Source: a virus
Direction: 5' to 3' (one strand)
IMG/VR virus record: IMGVR_UViG_3300009161_000033
Location: 1-64,000 of that record
DNA: 64,000 nucleotides
Shown here: positions 1 through 7,067 of the stretch, piece by piece
Layout of the letters: each line of letters starts with the position of its first letter
How positions within the stretch are numbered: position 1 is the stretch's first letter
Program-made: the position numbers and the translations under genes
Notes under the pieces: generated by a model
Database searches by the model: none
What the model saw: the letters and a program-made list of their open reading frames with translations, nothing else
Told to the model about the DNA's origin: nothing

Positions 1-936
1 ACACCTACTATTTCATTAACACCTACAAGAACGGTTACACCTACAATTACACCTACTGTAACACCTAGTACACCATATTCATTCTTCCTCACTAAAAACT
101 GTTGTACTAATCTTGTTGACACTATCTATTTACCGACATCATCCGTAATAGGTTCAGTTTTTATTGATACTTCAGGAGTTTGTCAACAAATAACATCAAT
201 CGGAGGAACAGTTGCAACTGTTATTTGGAACGGAGGGGTTTCTTATGCAACATGTGTCTCGTGTACAGGGGTGAACGTGTGTCCTACCCCAACACCTACC
301 CCAACAAAAACTACAACTCCTACACCAACCCCAACAAAAACTACAACTCCTACACCAACACCAACGGCAACCGCAACTTGTATAACATATACTATAACTT
401 CAGGTACTTTAGGAGCAAGAGTTTCATTTAATGGTTGTTGTCGTAACTCAGGAGAAACAAGTTTAATATTGCCAGCATCAACAGGATTTCAAAAATGTTC
501 AACAACTCTACCTGTTGTAACTAATGGTACCGCAACAATTACATCGGGAGGAGCTTGTCCTTCTTGCGATGATGCTATTGTTACAATTAATTACAGAACA
601 TCAAATGGTGGTTTTACAACTAATCAAACAGGAACTTTAAGTTACACATTGAACGGTGGTTCCCCCGTAACATTATCCACAACAATTGCATCAAACCATG
701 GTACTCTTTATGTTGGAGTACCTCCAAATATTTCTTGTAATTATGGTGACATTTTAGTCTTTAACTTTGTGGCAAATACGGGAGGAAATAACTCTTGGGG
801 TCAAGGTAATTCAGGTCCTTATAATAACATTGGTTGTTTTGGAAACACATACACATATAATGTACTATCAACAGGAGCAATCTCTTTATATTTCAATATC
901 ACATCCCTAAATACGATATGGGGGTCAACTTGTTAA
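1..936 (+). CDS. Pro/Thr-repeat (mucin-like), Cys-rich putative virion surface protein, 5'-truncated by the window edge
   Basis: Frame 1 is open from base 1 (TPTISLTPTRTVTPTITPTVTPS...) to TAA at 934-936, so the track ORF at 271 is only its C-terminal part. TPTPTPTKTT linkers separate small Cys-rich domains. Confidence 0.75.
   Translation, partial: TPTISLTPTRTVTPTITPTVTPSTPYSFFLTKNCCTNLVDTIYLPTSSVIGSVFIDTSGVCQQITSIGGTVATVIWNGGVSYATCVSCTGVNVCPTPTPTPTKTTTPTPTPTKTTTPTPTPTATATCITYTITSGTLGARVSFNGCCRNSGETSLILPASTGFQKCSTTLPVVTNGTATITSGGACPSCDDAIVTINYRTSNGGFTTNQTGTLSYTLNGGSPVTLSTTIASNHGTLYVGVPPNISCNYGDILVFNFVANTGGNNSWGQGNSGPYNNIGCFGNTYTYNVLSTGAISLYFNITSLNTIWGSTC
301..360 (+). repeat. 30-bp tandem duplication encoding PTKTTTPTPT x2
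   Basis: ccaacaaaaactacaactcctacaccaac(c/a) occurs at 301-330 and 331-360, 29/30 identical. Confidence 0.95.
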
Positions 937-993
937 TTTAACAAATCTATTTATTTTAGGTAAATTCTCATTATTTTTTCCATAAAAAGAAAT

Positions 994-2241
994 ATGAAAA
1001 TTTTTGTTCAGATTGCATCTTATAGAGACCCGCAATTAATTCCAACAATCAAAAATATGTTTGAGAACGCCAAAAAACCTAAAAATTTGGTGTTAAGTAT
1101 TTGTAGACAATATCATCCTGAGGATGGTTTTGATAACCTTGATGAATATAAAAATAATAATCAGTTTAGAATTATTGATGTTTTATATTCAGAATCAAAA
1201 GGTGTATGTTGGGCAAGAAATTTAACTCAACAACAATATAGTGGTGAGACTTACACTTTACAGATAGATTCACACATGAGATTTGAAAAGAATTGGGATG
1301 ATACTCTAATCAAAATGGTTAAACAACTACAGAAGAAAGGATTCCCTAAACCATTATTAACAGGGTATGTATCATCATTTGACCCTGACAATGACCCTCA
1401 AGGAAGAGTACAAGAACCATGGAGAATGGGGTTTGATAGATTTATCCCTGAAGGTGCAGTTTTCTTCTTACCTGAAACAATTCCTGGATGGAAAGAAATG
1501 AAAGAACCTGTGACCGCAAGATTCTACTCCGCTCACTTTGGATTCACAATAGGTAAGTTTAGTGAGGAGGTCCAACACGACCCTGAGTTCTATTTCCATG
1601 GAGAAGAGATTTCAATCGCTGCAAGAGCTTATACACATGGGTATGATTTATTCCACCCTCATAGAGTTGTGATTTGGCATGAATATACTCGTAAAGGAAG
1701 AACCAAACAATGGGATGATGATAAAGAATGGGTTAAGAAAAATGATGTTTCCCACTCTAAAAACAGACAACTATTCGGAATGGATGGTGAAGAGGTTACA
1801 TTAGACTTTGGTAAATATGGTTTTGGAACTGAAAGAACTTTAAAAGAATATGAAATATATTCAGGTTTAAGATTTTCAAGAAGAGCGGTTCAACAATACA
1901 CATTAGATAAGCAATATCCACCTAACCCTCAAATATTTGAAACCGAGGAAGAATGGGAAAGTAGTTTTGCAAGTATATTCAAACATTGTATTGATATTGG
2001 GTTCCATCAGGTTCCTGAAAAAGATTATGAGTTTTGGGTTGTCGCTTTCCATGACGAAAAAGACGAAACTCTTTTTAGAAAAGATGCTGATATAAGTGAA
2101 ATTAATAGAATGATGACCGACCCTGACGGATACTGTAAAGTATGGAGGGATTTCCAAACGGCACATAAACCAAAATATTGGGTCGTATGGCCTTATAGTA
2201 CATCAAAAGGTTGGTGTGAAAGATTAATAGGAAATTTATAA
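994..2241 (+). CDS. Glycosyltransferase, GT60-like (Skp1/polypeptide alpha-GlcNAc transferase family)
   Basis: N-terminal IFVQIASYRD, SKGVCWARN, DxH motif QIDSHMRF, FHGEE and WHEYTR match the Gnt1/GlcNAc-transferase family pattern. Confidence 0.8.
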   Translation: MKIFVQIASYRDPQLIPTIKNMFENAKKPKNLVLSICRQYHPEDGFDNLDEYKNNNQFRIIDVLYSESKGVCWARNLTQQQYSGETYTLQIDSHMRFEKNWDDTLIKMVKQLQKKGFPKPLLTGYVSSFDPDNDPQGRVQEPWRMGFDRFIPEGAVFFLPETIPGWKEMKEPVTARFYSAHFGFTIGKFSEEVQHDPEFYFHGEEISIAARAYTHGYDLFHPHRVVIWHEYTRKGRTKQWDDDKEWVKKNDVSHSKNRQLFGMDGEEVTLDFGKYGFGTERTLKEYEIYSGLRFSRRAVQQYTLDKQYPPNPQIFETEEEWESSFASIFKHCIDIGFHQVPEKDYEFWVVAFHDEKDETLFRKDADISEINRMMTDPDGYCKVWRDFQTAHKPKYWVVWPYSTSKGWCERLIGNL

Positions 2242-2243
2242 AT

Positions 2244-2618
2244 ATGAAAATGCCAATTAGTGAAATATTAGATAGATATTCTATTGCGATATTAAAAAGA
2301 GAAAGAGCCGACGCTGAAAACTCTAAAGAAATTAATGATTTACAATCAGAGATTGATAAGTATTCCGAAGAACATTATGAGTTCATTAACCAAAAAATTA
2401 AAGATTTAATTGAGGTTAATGGTAATATTTGGGATTTAGAATCCGATATCCGTAAAGGTAAGGAAGGTGAATTAGGTTTAGAGGAAGTTGGTCGTAGAGC
2501 CATAAAAATACGAGAATTTAATAAAGTTAGAATCACTTACAAAAATAATGTTGTTGATTATTTTGGGGAGGGGTATAAAGATATTAAAATGAATCATGTA
2601 AGTAGTGATGATAAATAA
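2244..2618 (+). CDS. Small helical conserved protein (DUF6165-like)
   Basis: PISEILDRYSI...L.EVN..IWDLE.DIR...A..I...N..R pattern, typical of a small protein found in glycosyltransferase clusters. Confidence 0.55.
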   Translation: MKMPISEILDRYSIAILKRERADAENSKEINDLQSEIDKYSEEHYEFINQKIKDLIEVNGNIWDLESDIRKGKEGELGLEEVGRRAIKIREFNKVRITYKNNVVDYFGEGYKDIKMNHVSSDDK

Positions 2619-3426
2619 AATTGTAGTAACATTAACAACCGTCCCTGAAAGACTATCTTATCTTGTTGAGGATGGGTTTAAATTAGTGGTCCAATCAATC
2701 TGTGAACAAAATCATAACAACTATGAAGTTCATTTAAATCTACCTAACGTTTATTCTGTAACAGGGGAGTTTTATTTAATACCCGAGTGGTTAGATGAAT
2801 TCCAAGGTAAATACGGACACTTAAAAATATTTAGGACTGAAGATATGGGTCCACCAACCAAAGTTATACCAACCATACTTAGAGAAATACCAGATACTTT
2901 ATTAATTGTTGTTGATGATGATTTAGTTTATCATCCCGATATGATTAACGAACATATAAAATATCATGAAGAACTACCAAATTCAGTTATGTTGTATGAT
3001 GGTAGAGGTTTAATTGGTGATAGATTTAATGATTTAAGAGATTCATGGATTATTTGTGTAACCAAACCTACAAGAATTAGTGGATTGTTACAACATTATA
3101 AATCGGCGTCGTATTTTGTGAGGTATTTTGAACAGGACTTCTATAATGATTTTGTTGGTAAAACAAAATCTGATGATATTCTTATGACTTATTATTTCTT
3201 ATTTAAAAAAATAAAAATGTATGTTATACCATATGAAAAAGATAACGATAAATTGTTAACCTACGACAATTGGTACAACTTCCAAGGAGTTACTACATTC
3301 CCTGTTACAAGACATTCTAATAGTCTCGGAAACACAGGTTGTAACCATCCAAAAATATTAGAATTAGAAACTAAATTTTTCATACCTGAAGAATTTAAGT
3401 TTATAGATAAATTACCTTTAGATTAA
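2605..3426 (+). CDS. GT-A fold glycosyltransferase
   Basis: IVVTLTTVPERL N-terminus, DMGPPTKVIP, DxD motif VVDDDLVY, and SDDI. Confidence 0.75.
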   Translation: MMINKIVVTLTTVPERLSYLVEDGFKLVVQSICEQNHNNYEVHLNLPNVYSVTGEFYLIPEWLDEFQGKYGHLKIFRTEDMGPPTKVIPTILREIPDTLLIVVDDDLVYHPDMINEHIKYHEELPNSVMLYDGRGLIGDRFNDLRDSWIICVTKPTRISGLLQHYKSASYFVRYFEQDFYNDFVGKTKSDDILMTYYFLFKKIKMYVIPYEKDNDKLLTYDNWYNFQGVTTFPVTRHSNSLGNTGCNHPKILELETKFFIPEEFKFIDKLPLD

Positions 3427-3429
3427 AAA

Positions 3430-4119
3430 ATGGAATATTTTGAAAAAGTAAAATTATGGGACGATGAACATTGTGAAAAACATGTTTGGAACCTTGCTAA
3501 TAATATGAAAGAATTATTACAATCAAAAAACATAAATGAATTACATTATCTTGACATTGGGGCTAATGTGGGTAAGGTATATGATTTAATGAGTAACGGT
3601 TATACTGTTAAAAAAGTATGGATGTATGAAGCGAGTCCGATACTTTTTGATTACTTAAAAATTAAGTATACTAATGATGAACGAGTCGTAATAAATAATA
3701 TTGCAATCTCTGATTCTGAAGGCGAAGTTAATTTTGACGAATCCTCAATTATACATCAAATTGAAACTAACTCTCCTGATTTAAATTTTGGGTTGTCTAA
3801 GATAGGTAATTCACCCGCACAAACTAAAGTAAAATCTAATAAGTTAAGTAATCTTATAAGTGGCAATAATGAAATTTTAGATAATGTAACTTTTATTAAA
3901 ATTGACACTGAAAACGTTGACTTTAATATTTTAAATGATTTAGTAACAATAATTGATAAATTTAAAACAAAACCAATTATTGAGTTTGAGGTTAATTACC
4001 ACATGGGACCAATAACTAAAGAAATTGCACAATCTATATTAAATAAGTTCTCAAACATAGGATACAAAGAATTGAAATTAGAGGATTGTTGGGGTGACGG
4101 AATTTTAATACCTGAATAA
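3430..4119 (+). CDS. FkbM-family SAM-dependent methyltransferase
   Basis: LDIGANVG, YEASP, NIAISD, FIKIDTE, PIIEFE. Confidence 0.85.
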   Translation: MEYFEKVKLWDDEHCEKHVWNLANNMKELLQSKNINELHYLDIGANVGKVYDLMSNGYTVKKVWMYEASPILFDYLKIKYTNDERVVINNIAISDSEGEVNFDESSIIHQIETNSPDLNFGLSKIGNSPAQTKVKSNKLSNLISGNNEILDNVTFIKIDTENVDFNILNDLVTIIDKFKTKPIIEFEVNYHMGPITKEIAQSILNKFSNIGYKELKLEDCWGDGILIPE

Positions 4120-4120
4120 T

Positions 4121-4807
4121 ATGATAGAAGAAATTTTAAAAATTGCTAAAGAGTTTAATCAAATCCCTAAGAAATATTGGGAAACGATTAGTTTAACAGG
4201 ACCTCAACATGACTTTGAGAGAAGTAAGCCAGGACCTTACCTAAAAAAGTCGGCAGAAATTGCTAGATTATTAGGAATGAAAACTGTGGTTGAGATTGGT
4301 GCGACAAGATTCGCATTATCTCAAAAATGTTTGGATTATTATAATTCAGATATGAATCCATTTGTCTCCCCACCATGTTGTGCCGATGGTCACGGAGGGA
4401 TTATTTGGACTATTGAAGGTTTTGATGTTTACTCCTGTGACATAGACCCTAATTGTAGAACACAGGCAGAATGGTCATTTGGTAATATTAACCAACCATT
4501 TCCTGATAATTTACATTTACATATTCCTGAAGATGGGATTGAGTTTCTAAGAAACTTTGATAAAAAAATTGACGTGTTATTTTTAGATGGTTGGGACACA
4601 GGGACTCACGAATATCGTGAAAAACACCTTGAGTCATTTGAGGTCGCTAAAGATAAATTATCTGAGACCCATTTAATATTGATTGATGATACGGATTTCA
4701 ATATTGACGGGGAAGGTAAAGATGCTTTCTTATCCCCACATTTATTATCGTTAGGTTATATTTTATTATTTGACGGAAGACAAAAATTATACATTAATAA
4801 AATTTAA
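4121..4807 (+). CDS. Class I SAM-dependent methyltransferase (Methyltransf_24-like)
   Basis: VVEIG, YSCDID, IDVLFLDG, LILIDD. Confidence 0.7.
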   Translation: MIEEILKIAKEFNQIPKKYWETISLTGPQHDFERSKPGPYLKKSAEIARLLGMKTVVEIGATRFALSQKCLDYYNSDMNPFVSPPCCADGHGGIIWTIEGFDVYSCDIDPNCRTQAEWSFGNINQPFPDNLHLHIPEDGIEFLRNFDKKIDVLFLDGWDTGTHEYREKHLESFEVAKDKLSETHLILIDDTDFNIDGEGKDAFLSPHLLSLGYILLFDGRQKLYINKI

Positions 4808-4810
4808 GAT

Positions 4811-6484
4811 ATGTTAACATTAGTAACAGGTTTATGGGACTTAGGAAGAGGTGAACTAACTGAAGGTTGGTCAAGGTCGTATGAAAATCATTATTTGACT
4901 AAATTTAGTGAATTACTAAAGACGGAGAATAACCTCATCATTTTTGGAGATTCCGAATTAGAAAAATTTGTGTGGGAGAGAAGAGATGATTCAAATACTC
5001 AGTTCATTAATAGAAGTTTAGATTGGTTTAAAAATAATGAATTTTATAACAACATTCAAAAAATTAGAACTAACCCTAATTGGTTTAATCAAGTTGGGTG
5101 GTTAAAAGAATCCACGCAAGCAAGGTTAGAAATGTACAATCCACTTGTTATGTGTAAAATGTTTTTATTACATGATGCAAAAATCTTAGATAAATTCAAT
5201 TCTGAGTATATGTTTTGGATTGACGCAGGATTAACTAATACTGTTAGTTCGGGATATTTTACTCATGATAAAGTAATTGATAAATTACCTAACTTAATTA
5301 ATAAATTTACATTTATTACATTTCCTTATGAAACAACTTCCGAAATACATGGGTTTGAATTTAATAAAATATGTGAGTTTGCGGGTGACGTAGTTAATAA
5401 AGTTGCCAGAGGAGGATTTTTTGGAGGACCTAAAGAAACCATAACCGAAACTAATAATTTGTATTATCAATTACTTTCAACAACATTATCAAGTGGATAT
5501 ATGGGAACTGAAGAAAGTATCTTCAGTATTATGTTATACAAATACCCAATGTTATTTGATTATTCAGAGATTGAAGGTAATGGTTTGATATGGTTATTTT
5601 TTGAAAACATTAAGAACGGTGATATAAAACTTAAAAATGAGAAGTCAGGTAATGAGATTGTTAAGGTTACCAACATGAGTAAAGTCGGGTTGTATGTCAT
5701 CGGATTCAATAGTCCTAAACAATTTGAGACCTTATTATTCTCAATGAAAAAGTACGATTCAAATTTCTTAGACAAACCTAAAAAATATTTGTTAGATAAC
5801 TCAACAGACCTTTCAACTACTGATAGATATCTTGAACTTTGTAAGGAATATAATTTTGAACATATTAAAAAAGATAACTTGGGTATTTGTGGGGGAAGAC
5901 AATTTATTGCGGAACACTTTGATAAAACAGATTTAGAATATATGTTCTTTTTTGAGGATGATATGTTCTTCTACCCAAAACAAGGAGATGTTTGTAGAAA
6001 CGGATTTAACCGATATGTTGACAACCTATATACCAAATCCCTCTCAATTATTAATAAAGAAGAGTTGGATTTTATTAAACTCAACTTCACAGAATTTTAT
6101 GGGGATAACTCAACTCAGTGGAGTTGGTATAATGTACCCCAAGTTGTTAGGGAGGTGATATGGCCAAATAATAAAAAATTACCTGTACAAGGATTAGACC
6201 CGAATGCTCCGAGAACAAAATTTGAATCCATTAAAACTCATAATGGGATACCATACTCAACAGGTGAGATTTATTATTGTAACTGGCCTCAGATAGTTTC
6301 AAAAGAAGGTAATCGTAAAATGTTTTTAGAAACAACATGGGGACACCCTTTTGAACAGACGTGGATGAGTCACATCTTCCAAGAAACTGTGAAAGGTAAA
6401 ATTAAATCAGGAATACTTTTATTAACACCAACAGAACACGATAGGTTTGATTTTTATGATGGTTCTTTAAGAAAAGAAAGTTAA
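4811..6484 (+). CDS. Two-domain glycosyltransferase: HtrL/YibB (WlaTC)-like N-terminal domain plus GT-A C-terminal domain
   Basis: TLVTGLWDLGR, FWIDAG, GGFFGG and GTEE in the N-terminal half; LLDNS, NLGICGGR and FFEDD in the C-terminal half. Confidence 0.7.
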   Translation: MLTLVTGLWDLGRGELTEGWSRSYENHYLTKFSELLKTENNLIIFGDSELEKFVWERRDDSNTQFINRSLDWFKNNEFYNNIQKIRTNPNWFNQVGWLKESTQARLEMYNPLVMCKMFLLHDAKILDKFNSEYMFWIDAGLTNTVSSGYFTHDKVIDKLPNLINKFTFITFPYETTSEIHGFEFNKICEFAGDVVNKVARGGFFGGPKETITETNNLYYQLLSTTLSSGYMGTEESIFSIMLYKYPMLFDYSEIEGNGLIWLFFENIKNGDIKLKNEKSGNEIVKVTNMSKVGLYVIGFNSPKQFETLLFSMKKYDSNFLDKPKKYLLDNSTDLSTTDRYLELCKEYNFEHIKKDNLGICGGRQFIAEHFDKTDLEYMFFFEDDMFFYPKQGDVCRNGFNRYVDNLYTKSLSIINKEELDFIKLNFTEFYGDNSTQWSWYNVPQVVREVIWPNNKKLPVQGLDPNAPRTKFESIKTHNGIPYSTGEIYYCNWPQIVSKEGNRKMFLETTWGHPFEQTWMSHIFQETVKGKIKSGILLLTPTEHDRFDFYDGSLRKES

Positions 6485-6531
6485 TTCGTTTATTTTATGT
6501 AATTCAAACTATTTATTATTAAAAATAATAG

Positions 6532-6963
6532 ATGGAGTTTTATATCAAAAAAAACGCAACCCTACCCATAATTAAATTACAGGTTGTTAAAGACGGAAGA
6601 AGTGACTACAACAATTTCATGGACTTGATTGAGGTGTCAGCACTATTCTTTTCTATGGTTGACGTTGAGACGGGCGTACCAAAGATAACTTCTCGTCCTG
6701 CAGGTTTTGTGGAGAAAACTTTCATAGAGCCAAATGCAACACCTGAATACTACATTTATTATCAATTTACAAATAGAGACACAAGTAAAGTCGGTAGATT
6801 TGAAGGTCAGTTTATGTTAAGAAGTGATGATGGTACTTTAATTTTACCAATCAGAGAAAAACTTTATATTAACGTACAAGATTCATTTATTGCTGACGAT
6901 TTAGATTATGAAACTTGTTATTCTTCTGAATTCCCTTGTTGTGTTAACGGACCAATCCTTTAA
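6532..6963 (+). CDS. Putative structural protein (BppU-N/Ig-like)
   Basis: FYIKKNATLP...YQF...DT...G.F.GQF pattern; preceded by the TATTTAT motif. Confidence 0.45.
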   Translation: MEFYIKKNATLPIIKLQVVKDGRSDYNNFMDLIEVSALFFSMVDVETGVPKITSRPAGFVEKTFIEPNATPEYYIYYQFTNRDTSKVGRFEGQFMLRSDDGTLILPIREKLYINVQDSFIADDLDYETCYSSEFPCCVNGPIL

Positions 6964-6975
6964 TTTTCAAAATCG

Positions 6976-7007
6976 TTTGATTTAATCACACCAACTCATT
7001 ATACTTA
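6976..7007 (+). promoter_or_regulatory. Putative early/middle promoter of DNA polymerase
   Basis: TTGATT(6977-6982)-N17-TATACT(7000-7005), also readable as TTTG-N20-TATACTTA. Same geometry upstream of the SSB gene. Confidence 0.6.
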
Positions 7008-7067
7008 TAAAGGTAAGGTAAACCCCATTCTGTATGGGAGCTAATAAACCAACTAAAATAATTTATA

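Noticed and set aside
283-372. Short tandem repeats (also 37709-37819) as a CRISPR array or DGR repeat
   Set aside because: They are in-frame coding repeats with no unique spacers, and there is no cas or reverse transcriptase gene in the window.
180-431. 83-aa ORF with YTNPNKNYNS repeats
   Set aside because: It is an out-of-frame shadow of the Pro/Thr repeat in the real frame-1 gene.
994-6484. Glycosyltransferase cassette as a DNA hypermodification system
   Set aside because: No hydroxymethylase, thymidylate-synthase-like or base-modifying partner lies nearby, the GT families resemble protein/surface-glycan enzymes, and the context is structural. It is disfavoured but not formally excluded.
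7011-7050. c-di-GMP-I riboswitch-like appearance (GGUAAAC...GGGAGC) in the polB leader
   Set aside because: It is too short and lacks the GNRA tetraloop and second stem. It is kept only as a generic hairpin.
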